Shown here: piece after piece, positions 8,562-18,399 of the stretch
How the letters are laid out: each line of letters opens with the position of its first letter
Position numbering within the stretch: position 1 is the first letter of the stretch
Source: a virus
Lineage: Duplodnaviria > Caudoviricetes
Reading direction: 5' to 3' (one strand)
Virus record (IMG/VR): IMGVR_UViG_3300038365_000209
Coordinates: 1-53,524 of that record
Length of the DNA stretch: 53,524 nucleotides
Notes under the pieces: model-generated
The model's input: the letters and a program-made list of their open reading frames with translations, nothing else
Database searches by the model: none
Told to the model about the DNA's origin: nothing
Translations under genes and position numbers: made by a program

Positions 8562-8945
8562 TCAGACAAGTCCATAGTCGATGACGTTGCATTTGCAACT
8601 GGTATAGATCGTTGGAAGCCCGGTGGCTTTGCTGATCTTTGCGGGCGTCGCGGTCCGATCCCCTGGGTACATCCAAATCGTAATCCAATCGTTGTTTACC
8701 ATATCAGGGAATGTGACATAAACCTTGAATTTTGCAAATTCCTGCAGCATCTTGGACCATGTGGCGGCGGTCAGGCGCGGCCAGAATAGATTGTCGAGCT
8801 TGTACTGATCTCGCCCTACCTTCTGCCCGATCACTTCGTTGTTTGCGTTGCGGCCGGCCGTTACCGTCGTGGCGACGATAAAATTCGGGGATCGCCCAGG
8901 AGCGGGAAAAGCCTTTCCGTTTACGATGATAAATGCGTGGGCCGT
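8562..8945 (-). CDS. Distal tail-like protein; apparent start codon is ACG
   Basis: AGGAGGTGA RBS followed by in-frame ACG GCC CAC GCA TTT ATC..., open to the ORF-track stop at 8562. Confidence 0.7.
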   Translation of the reverse strand, partial: TAHAFIIVNGKAFPAPGRSPNFIVATTVTAGRNANNEVIGQKVGRDQYKLDNLFWPRLTAATWSKMLQEFAKFKVYVTFPDMVNNDWITIWMYPGDRTATPAKISKATGLPTIYTSCKCNVIDYGLV

Positions 8946-8956
8946 AATCTCACCTC

Positions 8957-9664
8957 CTATGCCGTTTGTGCCGAATCAGGAGTTGCCAATATTGTCAGTT
9001 CCATCAGAGACAAAAGCGCTTTATCGTCTTTATAATATTTGTAGACGTTCCCATCCACCGACCAGTAATAATCCAAGAAAAAGCTCTGTATCTTCTTCTT
9101 GCAGGCGGCTATGCCATCTAAAATAATGGAATTATAAAGTGCAAGCTGATCTTTGCAAAGGTCAAAGTCATCAGTTTCTTCCATTGAACCTTTGAAAGAT
9201 TCATATACAAATGCTTTAATCACACCAGTTTCCGATTCTTTCGGCTCCCACCTATCAAGATTAAGAACGGGAACATCCGCCTCTTTTCTTTCGCGAGGCA
9301 CATAAAATGTATTGATTATTTCCTTTATTCCGCTTTCATCAACTGGCCTTATTTCAATAAGTTTGCGGTTCCCATGTTCGGCCACAAGTCTCTTTACTGT
9401 TTTGACGGCCTCGTCGAACGTAATTCTAAACCATTCGCCTGAAGAGCGATATTTTTTTAGTGCGTTGTGGACGAGCTTTTCAACCTTGTGCGGATTAGCA
9501 ATTAATTCCGTAAAATATTCATTTGAGATTAAAACAGGAGTTCCTATTTGAATCTCGCGTTTCCTGGTTTCTCCCCTGTGAGATATGCCAATTTTGCAAT
9601 ATTCCCCGGCTTGCATTACATAAACGCTTTTGTTTTCATAGGACCATTTTTTCATCACGCACAC
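8957..9664 (-). CDS. GIY-YIG/T5orf172-like nuclease-domain protein
   Basis: VYVMQ...CKIGIS...EIQIGTP...VEKLVHNALKKYRSSGEWFRI. Confidence 0.8.
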   Translation of the reverse strand: MCVMKKWSYENKSVYVMQAGEYCKIGISHRGETRKREIQIGTPVLISNEYFTELIANPHKVEKLVHNALKKYRSSGEWFRITFDEAVKTVKRLVAEHGNRKLIEIRPVDESGIKEIINTFYVPRERKEADVPVLNLDRWEPKESETGVIKAFVYESFKGSMEETDDFDLCKDQLALYNSIILDGIAACKKKIQSFFLDYYWSVDGNVYKYYKDDKALLSLMELTILATPDSAQTA

Positions 9665-9781
9665 GCCTTTCTGCGCTGCCTTATATATAAAAATTTGGAG
9701 AAACGGTAAGGCTTCCGCTTTCGCCCCGTCGAGCTATCTCCAAATCTCTACCGGGTTGAATCGCTGTGGAGTATGAGCCTG

Positions 9782-9920
9782 AAAATAAATAAAGCCCGAC
9801 AAACCGAATCAATCGGTCTATCGGGCTCAAATGGCCTCATTCCGCAGTATTATACTTTCAGTAGTTGTTTCTCGTTTTTCCTTATACCGTAAGTATAGCA
9901 TAGGGATGCGGAAAATTCAA
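9782..9920 (-). promoter_or_regulatory. Late control unit A: promoter + tandem boxes + terminator
   Basis: TTGAAT-17-TATACT (9920-9892); TGAGGCC-att-TGAGCCC (9839-9823) entering GCCCGA stem with TTTATTTATTTT tail. Confidence 0.65.
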
Positions 9921-9975
9921 TACAGGTTTGACTTTTTAATTTGTGGTGATAATATAAAGAAAAAGGAGGAATTCT

Positions 9976-10491
9976 ATGCGGAAAATATTTTTTGCCATGA
10001 TCGTGGCTATGACAGTAACGCTATTTTTTGGATGTCAGACACAGACCGTACAAACCAAGCAGGCTAAGCCGGATGAGCTTATCCCAATCGTAAATATAGA
10101 AAATTTAACAGAGCGAGAGTCCGCTTTTAATGAAGCAAAGCCATATACAAACGATGGGCTTATAAAAGGCATCTCTGCGGTCACAAAGAAAGTCAGCGTT
10201 TTTACTTCTGCGGATAATAGTTCCTTGTTGCTAATCGCTTTGCAATTTGACAAAGATACACCGCAAGAGGATGTTTCTGCATTTAAAGAAGCAATAAACA
10301 GTCTTTCTGATGCTGTCGTAAACAGCGGATATAAAATGTGTCAATTCTTTTTAATTTCAGACGGAGATATTAGAATGCAAACCGCTCCGTTATCTGTTTC
10401 AAGCGGGGGACTCGAAACAGCAAGCGCGTTTTTCAATTACTCTGGAAAGAGCGAAGTTGATACCCAATATGCAAACGCCGTAAATCAATAG
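9976..10491 (+). CDS. Lipoprotein moron (possible superinfection exclusion)
   Basis: Signal peptide ending LFFG-C; own promoter (TTGACT..TAATAT), AGGAGG RBS and terminator 10499-10530; opposite strand to tail genes. Confidence 0.7.
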   Translation: MRKIFFAMIVAMTVTLFFGCQTQTVQTKQAKPDELIPIVNIENLTERESAFNEAKPYTNDGLIKGISAVTKKVSVFTSADNSSLLLIALQFDKDTPQEDVSAFKEAINSLSDAVVNSGYKMCQFFLISDGDIRMQTAPLSVSSGGLETASAFFNYSGKSEVDTQYANAVNQ

Positions 10492-10676
10492 TAAGCGCAA
10501 AGCAGCCGGATATTTCGCCGGCTGCTTTTTATACAAAACTATTGTAACTTTGTTGAAAAATATAGAATCCATGCTATAATTGGAATTGCAAAGGGTCACG
10601 GGCGGTTCCTCCATTCCGAAGTGAAAGCTCTTTCTACGCTTGGGAGCATATAGCTCCTGGAATGGAGGTGAAGGGC

Positions 10677-10754
10677 ATGGAAATCCTCTATGCTGCTATT
10701 TTCCTTGTCGTAGCTACGGGATACATACTCGTGCTCGGCAAGGCAAAAAAATAA
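10677..10754 (+). CDS. Type I toxin, 25-aa hydrophobic peptide (not in ORF track)
   Basis: MEILYAAIFLVVATGYILVLGKAKK*; GGAGG RBS paired by upstream CCTCCATTCC; promoter TTGAAA-16-TATAAT 10553-10580. Confidence 0.8.
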   Translation: MEILYAAIFLVVATGYILVLGKAKK

Positions 10755-10833
10755 CCGCCCCCCAGCCAAGGTTAGCGGTTATTTATCGCGCTTTGGGCTG
10801 TCTGCTTCGGCAGATGGCCCTTTGCTTTTTCTA
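10745..10833 (-). ncRNA. Putative antisense antitoxin RNA
   Basis: TTGACA (10867-10862)-17-TACAAT (10844-10839) facing the toxin 3' end; AAATAACCGC/GCGGTTATTT hairpin plus U-run terminates it; ends approximate. Confidence 0.7.
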
Positions 10834-10925
10834 TCCCCATTGTATGCGTGGCCCATCGGTTTGTCAAGAGGATATTGGAAGTAATTCTTAGAAATGCTTC
10901 ATATTTGGATTCCTGACGATCTTCT

Positions 10926-13900
10926 TTATGTGGATTGCAGTCCAAGGTTAAAGCCCTGATTCGAATTCACCTTGTTCACGGTTTTTGCCACCGTCTTGCT
11001 ATCTACCTGAAGAGTGGTATCCTTTTCAGAAATCTTCTGCGCGACCTCTAAGATTTGCGCCAGCACCGTTGCAACGCTTTCATCGGGTTCTTCGACGGTC
11101 CCACTGGCGGTGCTTTGTGGCGCCACAACTGCAGGATTCGCGTAGCTTTCGGAATATCCTTCGGACCCGGAGGTCGGGCTTGCCGAAACCGTGCTGGTAA
11201 ATCGGTAATCAAATGCGGTGGGAACAGATTGAGCCATCAGTTTAGAAACGGCTTGCATATTGTCGGTAAAGCCCTTCCCAATACCGAGGGCGAGATTTTT
11301 ACCAATGACATCTGCGAAGACTTGCGATGGAGAATGGATGTGGAACTTGTCTTTGAATGTATCGATAATTCCCTCTGCGAAACTTTTTATTTTGCGTTTC
11401 AGCCAATCTGTTGCACCGTAAATTCCTTCCCATAGGCCTTTGACTATATTGTCCCCCATATCAGAAAACACGGTAGAGGGGGAATGAATCCCGAGAACAT
11501 CTTTAGCCCACTGGGGGAGCCATCCAAACATCTTCTTCCATAAAGGCTCGTCGTCCTGGATTTTCTTTTGCGCACTGCTCGAAAGAGCTGCGGCGGAATT
11601 TGCCCCTATATCTCCCATCTGCTTTTTCAGGTCGTTTTCCTTGCTCTTAGCTCCGGCCGCGGTATCGGTCCCCATTTTGGCACCGGCAAGTTCAGATGTG
11701 GTCTTTCCAGCTTTCTTGTTTTCCGTGCCGGTTACAAGACTGTTCGACATATTGATGCCAAGGTCCTGAAGGTTTTTCTTTAATGTAGGAGTAATCTCAA
11801 TCGTTTTCCCTGTCACAGTATCTCTAATTCCAATGATGGTTTTTCCTGAAGCGTCCGTCGCAAACTGGATATTATCGATAATTCCCTGTGCAGTGCTTTT
11901 GTCAACGTTTTTCCCCGCATCTTTCGCAGTCGCAAGCGTGTTTAAGAATGTCGGATCGGTAGAAAACTTCTTGCCGACCATATAATGAATTGCATCAATA
12001 TTCCCACCAATAGCTTTCAGCTGCTCAATATCGGAAATTCCCTTTGCGACATTGGTCGGGACAGCTTTCCCCGCTACCGTTGCGGAAGATGCGATCTGTT
12101 TCAAATCAGTTTCCGTAGGCTCCAAAGACGTAACCAAGCTCTCAATGTTCTTTCGCGCGGATGTAGAGATTTTCCCTGACCTCTCCATATCATTCAGTTC
12201 TTTTTGGTATGTGCCACTCACAGCATTTACGAGACCAGAAATAGATGTGGTATAGGTGCCTTTGGAATTGTCAATGCCGACTTTCCAGCCGGTTGACATG
12301 GCTTCTTGGACTCCGGAAGACCATACCGGTTGCGCAGATTTCAATTCGGAGCTGAATTTGCTGTTGACGGTATTCAGGCTGATTTCCAATCCAGAAAGCT
12401 CCAGCGTAGCTTTTTTGTTGTTAAAGGACTCCTGAACGTCCGCCAAAGACTGCTGATAAATTTTATCGGCATTTTCGACGTTATGCTCCTTATTATACTG
12501 ATATTGTGCTTCGATCTGCTCAATAACAGTAATTTTATTCTGGCTGGCCTGTTTAATCTCTTCCTGGATATTACTCTGAATTTTCGACTGTAAATCCTTG
12601 AAGCTATCTGCCGTAATTTCCGTGCTCTTTGTATCCAATTCAAGGGATTTCAAAGTAGCCTGATACTTCTGGTCGGCAATCTTCTGGAGAAGATCATTCA
12701 TCTTTTTCTGGATTTCCTGAATTTTGATAACTTCTCCCTCGGAAAGTACATTATCAGCGAAAGCCTTATTGACTTCGTTGGAAAGCTGGGTCCCCAGCTT
12801 ATCAAGCTCGGCCTGAGTATCGCTATAATACTTTGTCGTGAAAGCAGTAAGGTTCTTTGCCGTCGCAGACCCAGGCTCCAAAACAGCGTCGATAGCAAGA
12901 GACACGGCGTAATGCTGCTGTTGCACATAAGCTTTCGCGTCAGAAACAAAGCTGTTGATCGTTTCTTTATAGGTGCTCATTTCACTTTTGGAAAGTTTGA
13001 GCCCTACGGAAACTTCCCAATTCATTTTGTTCAGCGTTTCAATGTCGTTTTTGATATTTGTTTCGAGATCGGCGAGTTTGCTTTTCGCATCGATTGCCGC
13101 ATCAATCTTGATAGTCCACGGCGTTGTGGTGAGCCGCTTCGCAATATCTTCAACTTCGGAAGCAGAAAGAGAAATTTCGCCGAACCTTCTCGCAAGATCG
13201 GCTTTTACTGCCGCATCCTGAGCCTGCTTAATCCCAGCGGCGAGGCCGATAAAGGCTCCGGCCACAGCGGCGATAATCATTCCCTGTGGCCCAAAACCGG
13301 CCTGAAACGCAAGGCCAAGCCCGGTAACGGCTCCGGACAAACCCAAGAGCCCGGCGCTGAGCTCGGGAGAAAGATCATTCAGCTCTGCAAAGGTAGCCAG
13401 TGCAACACCAATCCCGACTGCGCCCGCAGTCCAATCCGTCAGCCCAAGCTTGAAGGCGAGTAGTCCAGCCGTCACGCCAGCCAGAAGTGATGGGGCAATC
13501 TGCATATCAGAAAAATGAATTGCAAGGCCAGATATGGCTGCGGAAACGGCTCCTATCGCCACGGCAAGCGGCAGATTATTCGTGAACGAAAATGCCAACA
13601 TACCGGCGCCAAGTCCTGTCAGGGCAGATGTCAGCAGATTGATAGCGTTGTCCGTGCCGAGAAGTTCGACCAAGCCGGATTCAAGGAGAGCAGAAATCCC
13701 GAGCGCCAATTTGAAAGGCATCCCGGTAAACTGCTTCAATACCAGAGCCCCACCCAGCGCGATCAGGCTTCCGTTCAAGAGATCAATCTTCGACTTCTGC
13801 GGAAGGAAGTGGGAGATTGCGGTCGCAATGGCCCCGATGGCGAGCGCCAGAATTGGATTCTTGGTCAGCCCATACGCCATGATTGCCGCGGCAATGCCGT

Positions 13901-15935
13901 TCAGGATATCCGCATAGTCCAGCATCGAAAGCCACTTTCCGAGTCCGCCGAACGCTCCGTTTACTCCCCAGAGAGCATCGGCAAAGGTTTTGAGAGGATC
14001 CTCTCTGAAAGCATCGATGAAGTCACGGATTTTCTTTTTTAGAGCATCAATATTGTTGCTTATCGCATCGGACAAGGCGTTATACGATGGGAGATCGATA
14101 CCTCCGAGAATATTTCCACCAGCCCCGCCCGCGGCTCCCGTACCAGAGCCGGCGCCGGCATCAGAATCATTATTGTCAGTTTGAAGGATATGTAGCTCGT
14201 CGAAACCGGAAATCAAGTTGTCCAACTCTTTCTTGGAATCTTTCGCCTTTTTCCCTACATCGCCGACGCCTTTGCCAACGTCGCCAAGGCTATCCGTGGC
14301 ATCATCTGCGCTGTTCGTAAGATCAGTCAAGGAGGAATAATCGATCTTTGGCATCTTGAATCCGAAGAAAGAAGCAATCTCGCTCGCCAATTCACCAATA
14401 ACTTCGACAACCGCGGTTACCGGAGGCAAAATTGCGAGTAACGCCGGAATAAAAATGCTGCCGATCGCACGACCGGTAATCTGAAGCTGCGCCTGAAGGA
14501 CACGGAGAGCATTGGCCGGGGTCAAAATCGTACGAGCCATATCACCTTGTGCGTTTGTGGTTTGCTTCATAATGGCGATGTAGCGGAGTTCTGCCTTGTC
14601 TGCCTCGGTAAGGTCCCTAACCTTCTCTTTGATTCCGAGATTGTAAAGCTCCTGTTGCAGCCGAGCATTCGAGGTGTCAATGCCGAGCTCGCGGATGGCG
14701 CGTACCTGCCCGGTGATTCCGGACTGCAATTTTTGAAATGCCTTTTCTGTACTTATATTGTAGAAGGATGCGATATCATAGCCAAGCTGAGTCATATTCT
14801 CCGACATGAGCATTGCCTGTTTGTTGGCAATCCCGAACGAAGTTGTCAACTGGGCGAATACGCCCATATACCGCATCGCTTCACCGGAATCGACTCCGAG
14901 GACGCTTTGCAGACTGTCCGCAAGTTTCCGCCCTTCTTGGGCAGACGTTCCCATGGCCACCGCAAAAAGGTTCTGGTTTTCTATGTAGGAATTGATATTG
15001 TTGATAAAACCGCCGAACGTGTTTGCAATCTGCCGGAGAATAAAGTACCAGCCATAAAAACGGCCCATAGAGAAAAGGCTGTTGGACGTTGTGCCGAGCG
15101 AGGCGAGTTTATCCTTTGCAGAGCTGACGGACTGCTTCAGGCGATCCATGAAGGACGCCGCCCGGCTGCTACCGCTGGAAACCGTGTTCATAGTGGTGGA
15201 GGCGGTTCCACCGAATTCGCCCATCGCTGCTTTCAGACTGTTTATGCTGGCCGCATTGATTTCCGAAGGCACATTCGTTGGCAGCGGTGCGACTCCCGGG
15301 CCGTAATCCGGCGCTACGGACTTCGGAATGCGGTCAGAAAGCTCTCCGCTGTATCCGGTTTTTGCCGCCCTTGCGACGGCATCAGCCAAGCTGTTCTGCG
15401 CATCCGCCGCCCATTTTGCAGATTCCTCGATCTTCGCGTTTTTATCTGCAATGGCCTGTAGCCCCTGCTCCGCCTTTGCAGATTTCAAGGTGGACTGATC
15501 TATCGTCGCCTGCGTTTTCGCGGCCTGCGCCTGCAATTTCAGCGCATTCATAGCTGTGCCACCATTGCCGGAACGGGACAACGCCGCCAAGTCTGAAATC
15601 ATGGTTTTCAGCGTCGGGTCCATTCCGCCGAGAGTTTTCAGAGAATCCGTCAGCGTCTTAATGCTCGCGGAAATTCGATCGGTTCGAGCATCATTTAGCT
15701 TGTTGATACTGTTGGCGAGAGAAGAAACCGAGCCAGACGCTCCCTTCATGTTTGCCAGATTTTTAGACAGCGTAGCGAGGGAAGCGGCGATACCGGTCAA
15801 TTCGCCGACACCGCCGCCTGTAACTGTTTTAAGCCTCTCAATGCTGGAAATCAGCTTATCCATGCCGGAAGAACTTTGCTTCGCCTCAGTATTGATCCTG
15901 ATATTCAGTTCGTCAATGGTCTGTTCGCCCGCCAT
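10926..15935 (-). CDS. Tape measure protein
   Basis: 1669 aa, Ala/Gly-rich helices, central hydrophobic repeats, two IHSPS motifs. Confidence 0.93.
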   Translation of the reverse strand: MAGEQTIDELNIRINTEAKQSSSGMDKLISSIERLKTVTGGGVGELTGIAASLATLSKNLANMKGASGSVSSLANSINKLNDARTDRISASIKTLTDSLKTLGGMDPTLKTMISDLAALSRSGNGGTAMNALKLQAQAAKTQATIDQSTLKSAKAEQGLQAIADKNAKIEESAKWAADAQNSLADAVARAAKTGYSGELSDRIPKSVAPDYGPGVAPLPTNVPSEINAASINSLKAAMGEFGGTASTTMNTVSSGSSRAASFMDRLKQSVSSAKDKLASLGTTSNSLFSMGRFYGWYFILRQIANTFGGFINNINSYIENQNLFAVAMGTSAQEGRKLADSLQSVLGVDSGEAMRYMGVFAQLTTSFGIANKQAMLMSENMTQLGYDIASFYNISTEKAFQKLQSGITGQVRAIRELGIDTSNARLQQELYNLGIKEKVRDLTEADKAELRYIAIMKQTTNAQGDMARTILTPANALRVLQAQLQITGRAIGSIFIPALLAILPPVTAVVEVIGELASEIASFFGFKMPKIDYSSLTDLTNSADDATDSLGDVGKGVGDVGKKAKDSKKELDNLISGFDELHILQTDNNDSDAGAGSGTGAAGGAGGNILGGIDLPSYNALSDAISNNIDALKKKIRDFIDAFREDPLKTFADALWGVNGAFGGLGKWLSMLDYADILNGIAAAIMAYGLTKNPILALAIGAIATAISHFLPQKSKIDLLNGSLIALGGALVLKQFTGMPFKLALGISALLESGLVELLGTDNAINLLTSALTGLGAGMLAFSFTNNLPLAVAIGAVSAAISGLAIHFSDMQIAPSLLAGVTAGLLAFKLGLTDWTAGAVGIGVALATFAELNDLSPELSAGLLGLSGAVTGLGLAFQAGFGPQGMIIAAVAGAFIGLAAGIKQAQDAAVKADLARRFGEISLSASEVEDIAKRLTTTPWTIKIDAAIDAKSKLADLETNIKNDIETLNKMNWEVSVGLKLSKSEMSTYKETINSFVSDAKAYVQQQHYAVSLAIDAVLEPGSATAKNLTAFTTKYYSDTQAELDKLGTQLSNEVNKAFADNVLSEGEVIKIQEIQKKMNDLLQKIADQKYQATLKSLELDTKSTEITADSFKDLQSKIQSNIQEEIKQASQNKITVIEQIEAQYQYNKEHNVENADKIYQQSLADVQESFNNKKATLELSGLEISLNTVNSKFSSELKSAQPVWSSGVQEAMSTGWKVGIDNSKGTYTTSISGLVNAVSGTYQKELNDMERSGKISTSARKNIESLVTSLEPTETDLKQIASSATVAGKAVPTNVAKGISDIEQLKAIGGNIDAIHYMVGKKFSTDPTFLNTLATAKDAGKNVDKSTAQGIIDNIQFATDASGKTIIGIRDTVTGKTIEITPTLKKNLQDLGINMSNSLVTGTENKKAGKTTSELAGAKMGTDTAAGAKSKENDLKKQMGDIGANSAAALSSSAQKKIQDDEPLWKKMFGWLPQWAKDVLGIHSPSTVFSDMGDNIVKGLWEGIYGATDWLKRKIKSFAEGIIDTFKDKFHIHSPSQVFADVIGKNLALGIGKGFTDNMQAVSKLMAQSVPTAFDYRFTSTVSASPTSGSEGYSESYANPAVVAPQSTASGTVEEPDESVATVLAQILEVAQKISEKDTTLQVDSKTVAKTVNKVNSNQGFNLGLQST

Positions 15936-16296
15936 GTAAATTCGCCTCCGCCATCTGAGCTTCTAACTTCCGCTGAAATTTGATTGCACTCTGTTCCCGA
16001 ATCTCCTGCATCTTCGCATTGTGCTCCGCGATCGCGTCCTCCATCTCCTGCCGCTTTTTCTCCTGCTCCGGAGTAAGCGGAACAATCGGCTTTTCGGGAT
16101 AGCTGGACTTGCTATTTGGCGCACAAGCCACAATTGCACGGGTGATGTAGGCTCCATGGAGCCACGCCACATAGTTTTCATTTCTCTTCTGCAGTTCGTG
16201 GGATGCGGCATATTGCAAATAGGCGCTTATTGGCCCATGCCAGTAAAGATCGTACGGCATCCCCCAACTAAGCGCCTTTGCACACCGGTTGCTCAA
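15913..16296 (-). CDS. Tail assembly chaperone, second ORF (gpT-like)
   Basis: ALSWGMPYDLYWHG...AWLHGAY; directly before tape measure; true start uncertain. Confidence 0.7.
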   Translation of the reverse strand: MSNRCAKALSWGMPYDLYWHGPISAYLQYAASHELQKRNENYVAWLHGAYITRAIVACAPNSKSSYPEKPIVPLTPEQEKKRQEMEDAIAEHNAKMQEIREQSAIKFQRKLEAQMAEANLHGGRTDH

Positions 16297-16346
16297 AATC
16301 TGAGCGAATCGCTTCTGACCGCCCTTTAGCGGGTCTTCGGAATCGT

Positions 16347-16718
16347 CTAAATCTTCGGACCCTTGACTTCCGGACTCGGCAGGGCCGTAAACTTCTTCTT
16401 CGTTTTGCCCTTCCGGTCCTTCGAGGTAAAAAGCATGGAATACGCCCTAATGAACTCATCCGTGATTTCGCTGAACGCATCCGGGCCGTATTCCTCATCC
16501 TTCACGACGGCCTCGAAGAACTCGCGGGCTTTCTGCCGGGTCGTGAACGGATGATTTTTCTGAACGGACCAGAAGAAGCACTCGAACGCGAAATCTACCG
16601 GTTTGTCTGTCAGGGCAAGAACGCCCGCGCTCTGGCATTTGAGAACCGTATCGGTGTCGAATTCCGCAAGATAGTCGTGCCCGCCATAGGAAACCTGGAT
16701 TTTCTGAAAATCGATCAT
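16347..16718 (-). CDS. Tail assembly chaperone (gpG-like)
   Basis: Between major tail and tape measure genes. Confidence 0.7.
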   Translation of the reverse strand: MIDFQKIQVSYGGHDYLAEFDTDTVLKCQSAGVLALTDKPVDFAFECFFWSVQKNHPFTTRQKAREFFEAVVKDEEYGPDAFSEITDEFIRAYSMLFTSKDRKGKTKKKFTALPSPEVKGPKI

Positions 16719-16787
16719 TTTGCATTCTCCTTTTTATTTTCAAAAATGCAGGGCCGGGAAGGGCCCTGCTTGAATCAAGCGGATGAA

Positions 16788-17249
16788 TCAGGCCCCGCCG
16801 GTCGCAATGGCCGCTTTCGTGCGGGCGCCCTGCGGATAGATAGGCCAATCGACTTCATCGAGTGCACCCAGTTCGCCGCTCGGCGTAGCCAGTTCGTCAA
16901 CGGTAGTCGCCTTGAACGTGATGGTGTATCCACGCTTCGGGTATGTGACGCGCATCCAGAAGAAGCCTTTTTCCGGATCGTTCTGATCCGTCACCATTGC
17001 CGTGTGTGCGGTCAGGAAAGCCAAATCGGGAGCAACCTTGAACGTGAACGCGTCCGCCTTTTCAACCCCCGCAACAGATGATGCCTTATCGTCCGTGACG
17101 ACACTGCAATCTACGGCATCCGGAGTCGGGAATAGGTTCGGAATAGAACGGACAGAATGCTCAATCTTCGTCCAGCCTGTTTCAACAGCGGGCGCCGTTT
17201 CAGAAAAAGGCGCATACTCAACGATAAAACTCTTGATAACGTCAGCCAT
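16788..17249 (-). CDS. Major tail tube protein
   Basis: 153 aa, SIPNLFPTPDAVDCS; followed by a hairpin; position. Confidence 0.75.
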   Translation of the reverse strand: MADVIKSFIVEYAPFSETAPAVETGWTKIEHSVRSIPNLFPTPDAVDCSVVTDDKASSVAGVEKADAFTFKVAPDLAFLTAHTAMVTDQNDPEKGFFWMRVTYPKRGYTITFKATTVDELATPSGELGALDEVDWPIYPQGARTKAAIATGGA

Positions 17250-17262
17250 GTAAAATTCCCCC

Positions 17263-17688
17263 TTATCTTTGGATTGATCTCAAAATTATGTTTGTCCGTG
17301 TATCAATGTAGGCGAAGTAATTCGCTACCGCCCGGAAAATTGTCGTGTCGCTGTACGGTGCGGCCTGAATCTGGCCTATCATGGTGAGACCGTAGGCTTC
17401 ATTCAGGAAGTCGTCCGCCTCCATAATGAGCTTGTAGGCCGCATCCCGTTTCGGCGTGATAACGCCCTGAATGGACATATCCTTCGCATAGGCTTCCAGC
17501 GTGAGGACGTTCCGCACCACGCACGGCAGGCCGTCAATATAGGCCCCATCGTTGCTCGGCAGTTCGTCCAGCGTCAGCATCGGGCAGGCCGGAGATTTGA
17601 CCGAATAGGCCGCTTTCACGCTCACCTTATCAAGCGTGAACGTGTGCGCTTTTAGCGCCGCGATAATGTCAGAGCCGATCAGAATCAT
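17263..17688 (-). CDS. Tail terminator/completion protein
   Basis: Size and position before tail tube gene. Confidence 0.6.
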   Translation of the reverse strand: MILIGSDIIAALKAHTFTLDKVSVKAAYSVKSPACPMLTLDELPSNDGAYIDGLPCVVRNVLTLEAYAKDMSIQGVITPKRDAAYKLIMEADDFLNEAYGLTMIGQIQAAPYSDTTIFRAVANYFAYIDTRTNIILRSIQR

Positions 17689-18203
17689 TTCAGCGCCTCT
17701 TTCGCAACCGGAACGATGTTGTCCCGCATGGTGATGGCCGCGCGGAGGACCTGCTTTTGTGCAGGAATGCCGTTTGTAGTGCGCCAGTGCCCTTTAAGCC
17801 GGTCATAGTAGTGCCACATCATCTTGCCGTTTTTCATCTTCCGGATGTTCTTGCCGGAGCCGTAATGCCAACCGGCGACCGCATATTTGGGGTGCTTGTT
17901 TGCCGCGCCCTGCTCGCCCGTGCCGTATTCACAAAATGCCACCTGGGGACCTTTTTCAAAGACTTTCGCTGAATTTCCCTCGACCTGCATTCCGACCGTC
18001 CCAGGCGCGTTGCCGTCCGGGTCGGTGATTCCGGCGATGTTCTGCTGAATGGCCTCGGCCCCAATTTCCGCAAGCCCTTCGACAATCTTCACTGGTGCCG
18101 CATCCACCTTCGCCTTGTAGGCTTTCACATCGGAAAGGAGCTTGTCGAGAGAGGCAACCGAGAGGTCAGCGGAATAATCAGGCATCAGCTGTTCACCTCC
18201 CAC
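17685..18203 (-). CDS. HK97 gp10-like neck protein
   Basis: VAFCEYGTG ... TTNGIPA motif. Confidence 0.75.
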   Translation of the reverse strand: MGGEQLMPDYSADLSVASLDKLLSDVKAYKAKVDAAPVKIVEGLAEIGAEAIQQNIAGITDPDGNAPGTVGMQVEGNSAKVFEKGPQVAFCEYGTGEQGAANKHPKYAVAGWHYGSGKNIRKMKNGKMMWHYYDRLKGHWRTTNGIPAQKQVLRAAITMRDNIVPVAKEALK

Positions 18204-18399
18204 TATCAGGTCGGCTAATTACGAACAACCCGAAAAGAACGGAAAGAACGCCCCACAAATTTGTTTTCCAGCAAGATAGAAACAGCATTGTTTCCGTGTA
18301 TTCGGGGTGAGTGAAGCGGAAGGCGTAGTTAAAAGAAGCGAGCAAAGCAATGCCTACAATCAGCAGGAGCCAAGCGGCAGTTTTGAGAATTTTCATCAT
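18193..18399 (-). CDS. Small two-TM membrane protein within head-tail genes
   Basis: Two hydrophobic segments; coupled to neighbours. Confidence 0.55.
   Translation of the reverse strand: MMKILKTAAWLLLIVGIALLASFNYAFRFTHPEYTETMLFLSCWKTNLWGVLSVLFGLFVISRPDSGR

Noticed and set aside
10640-10891. 83-aa ORF-track call
   Set aside because: No RBS; overlaps the better supported 25-aa toxin and its terminators
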